This document shows, piece after piece, positions 1-10,254 of a stretch of 64,000 nucleotides of DNA. The first letter of the stretch is position 1; every line of letters starts with the position of its first letter. Under the pieces are notes generated by a model, which ran no database searches, had not been told where the DNA came from, and was given only the letters and a program-made list of their open reading frames with translations. The stretch covers positions 1,911 to 65,910 of IMG/VR virus record IMGVR_UViG_3300031992_000089, one strand, 5' to 3'. Source of the stretch: a virus (lineage: Duplodnaviria > Caudoviricetes). Both the position numbers and the translations under genes were made by a program.

Positions 1-47
1 CTCGCTGATTAGTAGTCAGCCCCCTTACCAATTAGGGTTATATGAAC
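1..47 (-). tRNA. Partial tRNA cut by the window edge; anticodon ACT (would read AGT, Ser)
   Basis: Minus strand reads GTTCATA TAA CCCT AATTGGTA AGGG G GCTGA CT-ACT-AA TCAGC GAG: a 4-bp D stem with AATTGGTA loop and a perfect 5-bp anticodon stem with a 7-nt loop. The T arm and 3' acceptor strand lie outside the window. Confidence 0.7.
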
Positions 48-54
48 GTATAAA

Positions 55-165
55 TTCTAGGGTGAGGATTTGTCACCTCACATAAACAATAGCGTCCCTG
101 TTGCAACATCGAGGGGTCGAATTGTTCTTGCTGACTCTAGCGTCTACCTATTCCGCCACCTAGAA
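55..165 (-). ncRNA. tRNA-like RNA with a non-canonical central domain
   Basis: Acceptor stem TTCTAGG/CCTAGAA; Leu/Ser-type D arm TG-GCG-GAATAGGTAGA-CGC; T-like arm GTGAGG-TGACAAAT-CCTCAC. The ~58 nt between D and T arms form no standard 5-bp/7-nt anticodon arm. Confidence 0.65.
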
Positions 166-191
166 TATCAAAATCATGTTCTAATTATATC

Positions 192-2185
192 TTAATCCTC
201 ATCTTCTGACAACTCGGCATCGATGTCCACATCAAACCCAACATTTTCAAGTGCTGACTCGATGGCATGTCTCATTGGCTTCCATGCTACCTCTTTCGGA
301 ATATCTGCCTCTTTGGCAAGATTAAAATAGGTTTCAATAGCCGAAACAGTAGCGGCACCACAAATACACACAGCATCCATAGGTTTCGCATGAACCTGTA
401 CACTACACTTCTTTGGTGTGCAGTCGAAACTCACAAAGGTATCGTGCGAGCCATCAATTTCAAAAAAGTCCTTATCCATTTCACATCACCCCCAAAACAT
501 CAAACACATAGTCCATCTCTAAACCCAGGTCACCAGACATTAAATCTTCTACCAAATCATAATCTCCACAAGCGATGGCATCTTCGATTTCATCCTTAGT
601 GTCCTGAATTGTCTCTCTTGCATCCTCTTCGGTCATGTTGTCTCTGTCCATTAAAATCTTAACTACTCGGTTCATACATCAGCCTCCTCCAATTTAGTTT
701 CCCACGGGGTATCAAACTCAAAGTTAGACAGTCCCCCTAATACATTATCCTCTATCCAGTTCTCTTCATCAGTAGATAACCCGAACACTTCTACATACCA
801 GTAGCTTGGTGCAAAATCAATGGTCACGTCTCCGGTCTCATACGCGGTTTCCATGTAATCCCCGGCAATATTAGGGGTGAAAAATATCTGAATGTCCTTT
901 TCACCTTCCGTAGAATATGTGTCCTGAATGAATTTAAGAACCCGACGTACTCTATCCTTATTCATATTATTCCTCCTCATACTGTTCTGCATTGGTCTCA
1001 TCGATGCAGGTAAACATTTCTATTAGGCAGTCAAAACAAACCTGACCTTCATCTGTAATGTACAACTCATCCACGTTCTCCCCACACTTGTCACAGTACA
1101 GGTGTATGGCATCTTTTTTACCACAGTTGAGGCAGTGTTCACAACCTACACAGTCATTTTCTCGCCTAATCATGCTTGACCTCCTCGACTGAAATTATAC
1201 GGTATTCACAGTCAACACCGAGTCCATATAATTTCTTACACTCTGCCACGGAACTTACAGAACACTCTTGCCTATTCCAGTTCCCTTTGGTATATGCATC
1301 CTTATACTCGAAAACAACATGCACCATATTACTCTACCTCCACGATTTCTTTATGGGTAGGGGTAATATGACAGAACTTTGTTACCCCGTCCTTCTCAAA
1401 CAAAAATCCGGCAGTAAACATATAGGTATTCTTCGTGATTACTCGAAGTCCCCAACCGCCTAAAACATAGCAGGTCTCTTTACAATGCTCCCAGGCTCTC
1501 CACTTTGCCGCAGATGCATTACCGTATGCTTTATACAGTTCGTCCATGTCACTTCTCTGCCAAATCTCGTAGGCATCTCTTGCTTGCTTCTTATAACTTG
1601 CCATAGTGTTCATCTCCTTCATCATTTATTGACCGTAATCATCATTTGATTACATATATAGTATAACATACACGAACGCAAATAGCAAAAGGCGAATTAG
1701 AAATCTCTCAACTGGTAAGGATCCTTCGGCTTTACAAGAAGTTTAACCTCTTCCCATCTCTGTCCCGCAAGACACTCCCATCTATTCATAGCATGGTCAG
1801 ACTTTACATTCTTGGTAAACTTCCTAACATCATCCCAGAAAGTATCGGGATCCCGCAAAAGGTTGAGTTTATCAATTCTACCATAATCATGCTTCTCAAA
1901 TGCCATACTGTAATCCATATTATCCTCTCCTCTCACTTACACTTTAAGGCACTGGTCAAGATACATATTGTGCCCATAGATAATCACATAAGGTCTACCA
2001 CCTCGGGTAGTCTTAATCTTCAGGTAATGTACTTTTGGCGTATCTGTTGTAGCGAAGGACACGCAAGTAAGGTAATCATCAATACCATAATCAATAGTCT
2101 TTACTTCAACGCCTCCGAAATCTGTCCAATAGCCTATTGCCTTCTGTTCAATAACTGCCTGTTTTTCTAGCGCGGTCATAATCAT
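192..2185 (-). other. Run of small hypothetical genes: 192-479, 481-675, 672-1001, 967-1173 (Cys-rich), 1166-1327, 1329-1625, 1697-1936, 1937-2185
   Basis: Abutting or overlapping minus-strand ORFs with GGAGG-type RBSs. 1166-1327 (53 aa, MVHVVFEYKD...) was read by eye and is not in the supplied track. Confidence 0.75.
1660..1688 (-). promoter_or_regulatory. sigmaA-type promoter with extended -10
   Basis: TTGCTA-N17-TATACT with TG upstream of the -10 box. Confidence 0.65.
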
Positions 2186-2568
2186 TCCTCCTCAACAAAA
2201 TACTTACGGTACTGATATAATGTGCTACCTGGCTTACTCTGTCTAATACGGATAATGATATTTGAAACCGAACCGTAGTTTACAGCAAACTTTTCTGCCA
2301 TCTCTCTCTGTGTCAAGCCCTGTGCCTGATAATCGACAAGTTTGCCAAGAGAATAATCATCCCAATGCATATATGCGAGGGTTCTCTTAGGTGCCTTCTC
2401 CACAGTCTTTGATTCAACTGTTTTGTTGCCAATATAATCAAGAAGCCCATCCATACACTTGTCGCATAGGTAAAAATCTTCATCCAGTACTGAAAGATTA
2501 GCCTTCACATTGTAGAACTCTTTGCCGCATTTATTACATGCCAATGCCACTCTAGTTATCAGTGCCAT
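2182..2568 (-). CDS. Zn-finger plus helix-turn-helix protein
   Basis: CNKC...CDKC followed by HTH-like LTQREMAEKFAVNYGSVSNIIIR. Confidence 0.6.
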   Translation of the reverse strand: MALITRVALACNKCGKEFYNVKANLSVLDEDFYLCDKCMDGLLDYIGNKTVESKTVEKAPKRTLAYMHWDDYSLGKLVDYQAQGLTQREMAEKFAVNYGSVSNIIIRIRQSKPGSTLYQYRKYFVEEE

Positions 2569-2571
2569 AAA

Positions 2572-2712
2572 TCATTCCTCCTCATACTGCTCGTATTCAT
2601 CCCACTGGTGTTCTTGCTCATAAACTGCCTCACGATTATTCATAGCGGTACAGGCGTTTTCAAACTCAAAATCATCCATCGCTCCACAGGCATAATCACT
2701 AAAAATGCTCAT
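2572..2712 (-). CDS. Small acidic hypothetical protein (46 aa)
   Basis: Read by eye: MSIFSDYACGAMDDFEFENAC..., with GGAGG RBS. Confidence 0.55.
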   Translation of the reverse strand: MSIFSDYACGAMDDFEFENACTAMNNREAVYEQEHQWDEYEQYEEE

Positions 2713-2804
2713 TTATTCTCGCCTCCATTTCATGTTATGCACCATACATGATGTTGTTTTACACTTTTATTATAATATGTAAGTGTATAAAAAGCGAATG
2801 GCGT

Positions 2805-3767
2805 CTATGAAATGATGGTCCCGAATTTATCTACTATATCTCTAATTTCGCCCTTATAGAATACCAATACATTTTGATGTTGCCGACCTATCTTTCTGGA
2901 TTGGTTAAAATACTTCTTGGCTCGAATCGGAAGTGAACCTAAATTGTTTACAAGGATTAACTCGTTATAATATTTCAGACCACTATCCATAAGTATCTTA
3001 ATGGTATCGGGAACTAGACCTAAATATTGACTCTTCGCCATATCCTGAGGGCTCTGTCTTATTTCTGAAACAACTATGCAATAGAAGGATGATGGTTTTA
3101 GGATGTCGGCAGACTGCCGTAGGATGGTTCCGTACTTCTGCTTAAAGCACTCGTAATCAGGTAATCGGCTTAAATCTGCCGGATTCTTGGTGTATTGCTC
3201 AAGGTTGTAATATGGTGGACAAGTAAACACCATATCAAACTCGCCATACTTATCAAGAAATGTCGGGCTTCTCAACACTACCTCAGAATCGCCTTGACAC
3301 CATTCTACGGTACCACGAATATCGGAAAACTTCTCGGCAAACTCTTTAGCGTGACGGTTATTGGTCAATACTTGGTCAGGCGACAAATCAATACCTACAT
3401 AGTTTCTACCTAAAGATTCTGCAACTAACCCTCTTACACTTCCACCAGCAAATGGGTCGAGAATCTTCATGCCCGGATTACTGAACCACTTATACATCAA
3501 CTCGCATAAAAATGGGTCAAACATAGAAATACTTTCAGCGGCTTTCTCACTGTTATAGTGGGAACTGAACAGATTAGTGGGTGTTGCATTGTATCTCTTA
3601 ACATCCCTACCTTCTACGCTATGTGGCAGTATGTGTAACCAACGGCTGCGATTATTCAGCCACTCGGGCCTAGTACTATTCAATATAGAAAATGGTGCCC
3701 ACTGTGGAGCGTCATTCAGCAACTCTACGGGCAGGCGGGATACTAAACGGTCGAATAATGGCATCAA
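2805..3767 (-). CDS. SAM-dependent amino-type DNA methyltransferase (m4C or m6A)
   Basis: Motif I ILDPFAGGSVRG precedes motif IV FTCPPYY; C-terminal RKIGRQHQNVLVFYKG is typical of phage methylases. Confidence 0.8.
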   Translation of the reverse strand: MMPLFDRLVSRLPVELLNDAPQWAPFSILNSTRPEWLNNRSRWLHILPHSVEGRDVKRYNATPTNLFSSHYNSEKAAESISMFDPFLCELMYKWFSNPGMKILDPFAGGSVRGLVAESLGRNYVGIDLSPDQVLTNNRHAKEFAEKFSDIRGTVEWCQGDSEVVLRSPTFLDKYGEFDMVFTCPPYYNLEQYTKNPADLSRLPDYECFKQKYGTILRQSADILKPSSFYCIVVSEIRQSPQDMAKSQYLGLVPDTIKILMDSGLKYYNELILVNNLGSLPIRAKKYFNQSRKIGRQHQNVLVFYKGEIRDIVDKFGTIIS

Positions 3768-4816
3768 TGAAATCCTCCTTTAATATGTCTGTTTTTGAGG
3801 GCCTCGAAGGCTTTAGATTGTTCGATAGGGTACCACATATAATTATCCCACACACTCTGAAAATCTTCTGCTGGATAGCCGCGTTCCCTATATATTGTCC
3901 TCTCTAGTATGTCGCAACAATGCAAGTAGAATACCTCATCATACTCCATCTTATCATTATCCATTAACCACATAGCCTCTAGACAGCATTTCCAACATAC
4001 ACCGCATCTGTTATCAAATAATCTCACCCTGTATTTCTGTTCCGCCCTATGTTTCCAATGGGCTCTGAATCTATAAGGGCTCATACAAGATACAGACATG
4101 GTAAATAACTTCCAGTCGTTTGACAGCAGTTCAAAGGTATCAGCATTTGTCTCTAGCGGTATCAACATGTCAAACTCTGGTATTACATTCTGGACAATCT
4201 CTTTATATGCGTCCCACATCTCTATGCAGTCACCACCACATATATCAAACTCATTCATATCCAGTACAGACTTATTAAAATTACCAAAACACAAAACAGG
4301 TCTGTAATTATGGTACAAAGAGTAGTGTAGCGCACCATTAGCGATTATATAGTTCTTCAAAGGATGCTCTATGAACTGATGGGTTCCGGCTAGTTTGATA
4401 TAGTCTATGTATAAATCACAGCCTAGATAATCTGCTATTGCTTGTGCGGCTTTCTTCTCATCACCGTACGCTTTATTTACACCAGTAGCATGATATAGAT
4501 GTACTTTGTAGCCTTTCTGAACATAGTAAAATGCGGCTGCGGCACTATCTTTACCACCCGACAAGCACACGGTTATTTCTTTTTTTCGGGAAAATTTATA
4601 ATCTACCTTAGGAAAATGAAAGTCTTTAATTAGTGGTTTTCTGTACTGTACCAACTTGGAGTCTAATATCTGGTCAAGTTTAGTGAATGACGAATCTAAC
4701 CACAACGTATCTTCTGATTCAAACATATACTCGGTATCAGATATATAAGAATACAATGCCTCTATCATACTGAATACTCGGCTCTTATTTTTGTATTCAT
4801 GTATAACCCTTTGCAT
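3764..4816 (-). CDS. QueC-like PP-loop ATPase (7-cyano-7-deazaguanine synthase superfamily)
   Basis: PP-loop VCLSGGKDS; Zn ligands SC...CGVCWKCC; 4-bp overlap with the methyltransferase gene. Confidence 0.7.
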   Translation of the reverse strand: MQRVIHEYKNKSRVFSMIEALYSYISDTEYMFESEDTLWLDSSFTKLDQILDSKLVQYRKPLIKDFHFPKVDYKFSRKKEITVCLSGGKDSAAAAFYYVQKGYKVHLYHATGVNKAYGDEKKAAQAIADYLGCDLYIDYIKLAGTHQFIEHPLKNYIIANGALHYSLYHNYRPVLCFGNFNKSVLDMNEFDICGGDCIEMWDAYKEIVQNVIPEFDMLIPLETNADTFELLSNDWKLFTMSVSCMSPYRFRAHWKHRAEQKYRVRLFDNRCGVCWKCCLEAMWLMDNDKMEYDEVFYLHCCDILERTIYRERGYPAEDFQSVWDNYMWYPIEQSKAFEALKNRHIKGGFH

Positions 4817-5121
4817 CAGAATAGCCTCCTTTGTGCATACCTACGATGAGTTGCCTGTTCCCATTCTTTCTGGTACTTTTCGTTGTCGGCCTTCCACTTC
4901 TTATAACATACGGGTCCAAATCCCAATTCTTGGGACTCTTTGGTACGCAAACGTCTACCACATTTTATACATTTTGTATATTTTTCCGACTTTTTGGTAC
5001 AGTTACAAGACCTATCAACCATCAACTCGCTTCGTTTCTTTTCCATACCGCACTTCCTACAAACAAATGTATCGTTACCCCAATTCCACGGTTCGGCTTC
5101 AAAACATAATTCCCACGACAT
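4816..5121 (-). CDS. Zn-finger protein with a DUF6011-like motif
   Basis: CIKCGRRLRTKESQELGFGPVC; ends in QRRLF. Confidence 0.65.
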   Translation of the reverse strand: MSWELCFEAEPWNWGNDTFVCRKCGMEKKRSELMVDRSCNCTKKSEKYTKCIKCGRRLRTKESQELGFGPVCYKKWKADNEKYQKEWEQATHRRYAQRRLF

Positions 5122-5122
5122 A

Positions 5123-6111
5123 TCAATAACTCACCCTTTCTTTGAATAATTTACCACATTCGGGACATCTATAAACAACAAAAAATCCTTCTTTCGCAAG
5201 TGCTTTACCTAGCATACCGTACATCTCAATACCACATTTACAATGCGGACATTGAGCCCAAACTTCACCGTGAAAACAAGCACCAGGTAAACACTCAGGC
5301 ACATTTGAATAAATTATAGGCTTTTCATCACTCATAATCAGGTACCTCAACCTCTTCTTCCTTAACAGACTTTACATTATCCCACCATATAGCATAGGTT
5401 GTCTCGTCATCATCAAAACAAGCCAAAACAGGTGAAGTAATCCCATATATATAAACAGGACTGCTAAAAGTTTTCAGCACTTTGCCCTTAAATTTACCTT
5501 TAATAACTTTAACTGTATATAATGTTGCTTTCATTTTATATGCCTCACTCTATCTACACCACGCAGTTTTTCAGAAAACTCTTTTAATCTATTAAAATGT
5601 CCATGAAAATAAGGTTGGTATCTATTAAACCTAAATCTTTGAGCATCCTCTTCCATGTATAGACAAATGGTACACATAGTCTCTATCAACTCGATTAGTA
5701 AATCCTTATAAAGTCTAATCCTCTTTCTCATTTTCATCTACTCTCCCAAATGTCTTTAATGTCTAATTCCTCACGAACCAGAGCGGTTTCTTTAATAAAG
5801 GTAGTCTCTACCTCATACTCTTCATACTCAACTGCGAGGTATCTGGTAAATACAAACCCGTTAGCAATTAAATCTAAAGCATCTTGCAAAGAATACCAAT
5901 GTGCCAAGTCTTCTTTTCTACTACAAGAGGAGTACCAGTTTCTTCCGTCTTTATGGTATCTCTCATCATAGTCCATAGGTAAATCTTTCGTCTTACAGTT
6001 AGGCAATTTACCAATTCCCCAAACTAATTTATTGTCTTGATTATACCACAAGCCATTTTCAGGACTAATTGCTTCTAATCTATATAGCCACTTTGCTTCT
6101 TTCATGTCCAA
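5123..6111 (-). other. Four small hypothetical genes: 5123-5350 (Zn ribbon), 5328-5534, 5531-5737, 5734-6111
   Basis: Overlapping, translationally coupled ORFs. Confidence 0.75.
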
Positions 6112-7049
6112 AACCTCGCTAAAACATATTCTACGGCTACTTCATCATCGATTTTGCCGGTCTTAATGCCCAGTTCTGCACTCTGGGACAGTTTCATAAG
6201 TTCTATTAACTTATCAGGACTATATGTATTCTTTCTTCCACACGCCAATTTCACTTGAAATGGGGTAAGTCCTGTAACATCGGTTAGTTTATTACTACCA
6301 CTATATGTCTGCACCTGTAAAACATATCTGGCATTATTGAACAGATTAGATAAAATGTTCAGAGTAAACTCTCCCGAAGCGTAGCACTCATCCAGTAAAG
6401 CGTACGCCTTCTTTATCTTCCTAGTCAATACGGCATCGATAAAATCAAATATCGCATCTCTAGGCGGTACATACAGAGTGTTAGACTGGACTAACTTATC
6501 GAAGGCATCATCAGCAGACAGATTACCATGCATAGCCATGTAATGCTTTACCTTATCTAATTCTAATAGTATAGCACTGTAATTTCTGTCGCAGGCGTCA
6601 ATAAGTGACTGGCAATTACGATTAGACAATGCCAACTGTTTCTTTATGTAGTTTACCAATGTACTCTCTGGCAGATATTCAAACTCTACGATTTCGTCCT
6701 TAAAATTCTTGTAGAATTTGTTTCGCTTGTCTATGTTGTTAAACACAAGAATTATAGTATCGTTTCTAAACGCTCTATCGTCTCTTAATACGCTTTGTAA
6801 CTTATCGTCTGATATAATTTGTGTATCATCAGTAACGACGTAAATTGACGCATCAGAAAGCAAAGAAACAGTACGGGCAAATTTGCTCAATTCTATGAAC
6901 GTATCGAATGTTTTTATAGGTGCTTTACGTACTTTGGCAATTTGCTCAATATATGCTGACCTAACTACTACTTCCGGCCCGGTAAAGATATAATATCTAT
7001 TAAACTTGCCAGTCTGTATGTGAGATTTTACAACTGAAACATCCATCAT
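6102..7049 (-). CDS. holA: Clamp loader delta subunit (HolA-like)
   Basis: YIFTGPE N-terminus, ILLELDKVKHY, IFDFIDAVL and C-terminal IKTGKID pattern of DNA Pol III delta; adjacent to delta' and gamma. Confidence 0.75.
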   Translation of the reverse strand: MMDVSVVKSHIQTGKFNRYYIFTGPEVVVRSAYIEQIAKVRKAPIKTFDTFIELSKFARTVSLLSDASIYVVTDDTQIISDDKLQSVLRDDRAFRNDTIILVFNNIDKRNKFYKNFKDEIVEFEYLPESTLVNYIKKQLALSNRNCQSLIDACDRNYSAILLELDKVKHYMAMHGNLSADDAFDKLVQSNTLYVPPRDAIFDFIDAVLTRKIKKAYALLDECYASGEFTLNILSNLFNNARYVLQVQTYSGSNKLTDVTGLTPFQVKLACGRKNTYSPDKLIELMKLSQSAELGIKTGKIDDEVAVEYVLARFWT

Positions 7050-7849
7050 ACTACCTCTTTAATATCTATGAGCCACGAGTCGAACAACACTGATTTATTA
7101 ACCCCGGTTATTTGTAATGCCTGTAATTTTTTATTGGTGAGTTTTACCCACTTTCCATACTTCAAAACATCCGAGCGAAGTCGGTCGATGCAAACATCAA
7201 TAAACATACGCCAGAACAGTCTCAAATCATAGCCGTCCTGTGTATCTTTGAGTTTAATCTTGGCAGAAATCTTGAACATATTTGCCACAGATACATCTTC
7301 TAGGTTATCAGCAACTTTGTTGACATACTCGGCAAACTCTGCGGGATTATATTCAAAGATATGTTTAACATCTCCAGGTGTTTCACACACATTACAGATG
7401 ATGGACTTAATTGTAGCCGAACATTCTTTATCAATGCACTGACCAATTTCATCGGCACTGTATTTATCCATGTACATAACAGTACCGCGACTTCTAATAG
7501 TCTCCAGCACAGTGTTTATATCTGACACCGTCATAATGAAGTACGCATCTTGTGGCGGTTCTTCTGTCACTTTAAGAATACAATTCTTGGCAGCTGGACT
7601 CATGTTGTCCGCATTAGGAATAACATATACATAAGGAGACGTAATCTTATTTGCGTTACCTATCATGGCTCGCATATCATCTACGCCACAAGTATAAGTT
7701 ACAATACCTGCATTAAGTTTACTGGCTATATGTTCAGCCATCAACTTTCTTCCGCTACCCGGTAAACCTACTAAAATAGTGAATCTAGGAAACTTACCGA
7801 GATAAATCATATCATCAACTGTATGAATTAAATTCTTCTGACCAATCAT
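7046..7849 (-). CDS. holB: Clamp loader delta' subunit (HolB-like)
   Basis: MIGQKNL, degenerate Walker A GLPGSGRK, ADNMSPAAKNCILKVTEEPP, ETIRSR (SRC-like motif). Confidence 0.8.
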   Translation of the reverse strand: MIGQKNLIHTVDDMIYLGKFPRFTILVGLPGSGRKLMAEHIASKLNAGIVTYTCGVDDMRAMIGNANKITSPYVYVIPNADNMSPAAKNCILKVTEEPPQDAYFIMTVSDINTVLETIRSRGTVMYMDKYSADEIGQCIDKECSATIKSIICNVCETPGDVKHIFEYNPAEFAEYVNKVADNLEDVSVANMFKISAKIKLKDTQDGYDLRLFWRMFIDVCIDRLRSDVLKYGKWVKLTNKKLQALQITGVNKSVLFDSWLIDIKEVV

Positions 7850-8883
7850 TATTTAACCTCCGTGTATAAAATCATCATCGCTTCAATAGTAGCCTTAGGA
7901 GATGTGTCCCACTTAATCTCACTGTTAAGATTGACCAGCATTGACAGCATATCTACAAACTGACCTAACGACGCATTACTACCCAGAGCATCCAACTTGG
8001 CTTTATAACTCTGTGGAATAGTGGTGAAAGAAATATCTTTAGTCTGTAAATACTTCACCAAATCTAATGTAAAATTGGTGAACTGTTTCATAAACTGCTT
8101 CAAATCTCTACCGCTCATGTGGACAGTATCAATAATCGTCAACGTGGACATACTATCGTTGGTAACAAGAGAGTTGCATAATGCAAACATCGTCTCATAA
8201 TCTGCTAGTCCTAATGCTTTCGTCACACTATCTACGGTCAACTCGGTAGAGTATGCAATACACTTATCTACCATAGTAATAGCGTCTCTCATCCCACCCG
8301 ACGCTAATTTAGCGATATACTCTAATGCACCAGGTCCGGCACTTAAACTAGGCTCATTCTTTACTTCACAGGTGATAATATAACACAGTCTATCTACAAT
8401 ACCTTGCTGACTTATCCTCTGAAAATCATAGCGTTGTACCCTGGAAAGAATTGTCTTTGGAATCTTCTGCGGGTCTGTCGTACACATGATGAAAATAGAT
8501 TTAACTGGTGGTTCTTCAAGTAGTTTAAGCATGGCATTCCAGGCTGAATTTGATAACATGTGTACCTCATCCAAGATGAATACCTTATACTCGCTATCAA
8601 TGCTTGCCGTTTTTGCTCTTGAAATAATGTCCCTAATATCTTCGACACTGTTGTTACTAGCCGCGTCAAGTTCGATAGGATTTCCTTGACCGCGGTTAAT
8701 ATCTTTTGCAAAAATTCTTGCACAGGTTGTTTTTCCTGTTCCGGCTCCGCCGCAGAATAGATAGGCATTTTTAACCTCCCCTGTTCGTAACTGGTTCTGT
8801 AATATTGTCTTAATCTCGCCCTGTTCCGTAACATCATCGAACGTCTGTGGGCGATACTTAATTGCCAAACTCTTTACTGCCAT
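7849..8883 (-). CDS. dnaX: Clamp loader gamma subunit (short DnaX)
   Basis: LAIKYRPQTFDDV, GGAGTGKTT, ILDEVHML, NAMLKLLEEPP, ILSRVQ, GGMRDA; 344 aa, lacking the tau C-terminal domains. Confidence 0.92.
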   Translation of the reverse strand: MAVKSLAIKYRPQTFDDVTEQGEIKTILQNQLRTGEVKNAYLFCGGAGTGKTTCARIFAKDINRGQGNPIELDAASNNSVEDIRDIISRAKTASIDSEYKVFILDEVHMLSNSAWNAMLKLLEEPPVKSIFIMCTTDPQKIPKTILSRVQRYDFQRISQQGIVDRLCYIITCEVKNEPSLSAGPGALEYIAKLASGGMRDAITMVDKCIAYSTELTVDSVTKALGLADYETMFALCNSLVTNDSMSTLTIIDTVHMSGRDLKQFMKQFTNFTLDLVKYLQTKDISFTTIPQSYKAKLDALGSNASLGQFVDMLSMLVNLNSEIKWDTSPKATIEAMMILYTEVK

Positions 8884-9055
8884 CGTTTAACTCCTTCTTA
8901 CGTTTTAATTCACCTTCTAGAGCATGGAATGTCCATGAACCAGAATCTGTTTTGATTTTTATGCCATACTCTATCTTGTCTTTTTCGGTAGAGGACACGC
9001 TAACAACTTTGACTTCAAGGTATACTTTATCACCTACATTAAACTTACTTTTCAT
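8858..9055 (-). CDS. Hypothetical protein (MKSKFNVGDKVY...)
   Basis: Downstream ATG chosen for coupling to the upstream gene. Confidence 0.6.
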   Translation of the reverse strand: MKSKFNVGDKVYLEVKVVSVSSTEKDKIEYGIKIKTDSGSWTFHALEGELKRKKELNDGSKEFGN

Positions 9056-9296
9056 CTCTGCTCTCCTGTTCTGTAAAACTATATCTAGCGAAGTACACAG
9101 GCTCTCCGTATCTGTTAATCGACTTCTCGGTTCTTGTAGTAATAGCAATGCCAGACTTCTTCAGTCGGAAGATAACATCTGCCAGTCTTGTCACGCCCAA
9201 GTCTCTAAATGCCTCGAGACTACTGATACTGCCAAACTCATTGATATACTTTACTACTCTTTCTTTCTGGTTCATATTATTACCTCCATTTATCAT
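9045..9296 (-). CDS. Small winged-HTH protein (HTH_39-like)
   Basis: GSISSLEAFRDLGVTRLADVIFRLKKSG. Confidence 0.75.
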   Translation of the reverse strand: MINGGNNMNQKERVVKYINEFGSISSLEAFRDLGVTRLADVIFRLKKSGIAITTRTEKSINRYGEPVYFARYSFTEQESRDEK

Positions 9297-10254
9297 CTAT
9301 AATCTCTACCCAGATTAACACAGCGAACAGTGCCACAATTAGTAGCACTGCTATCGCTGGGTAATTAGTTACAAACTCAAGCATGACCTGTCAACTCCTC
9401 ACACATCATCTGAAACTTTAGGTCTTCTACTTCTGCCTCAAGTTCTTCGATGCGCTTCTTTGCCGCGGTAAGTTCTGCTAAAACATACTCTTCACAGGTT
9501 CTGATTTCCATATTATTCATCTCCAAACTTTAGTTTGCCCATGGCTTCTTCTGACTCCGGCTGTTCTTCCGCATCAAATAACACCTTACAGATTTTAGAA
9601 GAAATAAGCGCACCCATCATAAGAACCATAAGACCTTTCTGCGGCGCATCTTTAGCCACTTCATCTGTAAGTTCATCTACAGCCTTAAATGAAATCTCCT
9701 TAAACTGCTTCTCTGTAAGTACAACGGTCTTTTCTTTATCATCAATAGTCATGTGTTCATCCTCCTCAACTATTTTCCTTATTACAATGCTTTTTAAGCG
9801 CCTCATTAAAGCAACCACGATTGTCAAAACACCAACGCTTCATGTAGCACAACGCCAGAGCCTTTTCCTCATCAAACGGGTCCATATCTTGACAGGTCAC
9901 TTTGGTTACTGTGTCATCTGTCCACTTAACTGCGGTAACTCGCTTCTCACGGTTGAAATTAACAATCTTAATCCTATCACTCGGTACAGGAAGTTCTTTC
10001 AAAGGGATAGCTTCGGTAATCTCTACTAATCGCTCGTAGTTACACCCAAAAGAGAGACGATAATCATCTGGTGTGCGCACTTCGCATACGATAACCGATG
10101 TAGAATACCACCCTTTGGTCGCACTTTCTATACGATACTCGCCTCCCTTTTGCAAAATCAACTTTGACTTATAATAGTAATGCTTCGGGTCATCTAAATG
10201 ACCGCTGTTAAACACGACACCATAAATATACATGTGTTCATCCTCCTCATTCAT
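9280..10254 (-). other. Small hypothetical genes: 9280-9384 (34 aa, single TM), 9377-9511 (coiled coil), 9513-9827, 9766-10254
   Basis: Two are read by eye (MLEFVTNYPAIAVLLIVALF...; MEIRTCEEYVLAEL...); the others are in the ORF track. Confidence 0.6.

Noticed and set aside
1-165. Suppressor tRNA / stop-codon reassignment
   Set aside because: The readable anticodon is ACT, not CTA or TCA, and long genes are intact under the standard bacterial code
55-165. Y RNA (YrlA), tmRNA or intron-containing tRNA
   Set aside because: Arm order is that of a normal tRNA, there is no tag ORF, and the insert is too short for a group I intron
3764-4816. Calling a complete 7-deazaguanine (preQ0/dpd) pathway or assigning the symbol queC
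   Set aside because: Only a divergent QueC-like gene is present; folE, queD, queE and dpdA are not recognisable in this window
7849-8883. gamma/tau programmed frameshift in dnaX
   Set aside because: The gene ends after the gamma-sized region and overlaps holB; there is no downstream tau-domain frame
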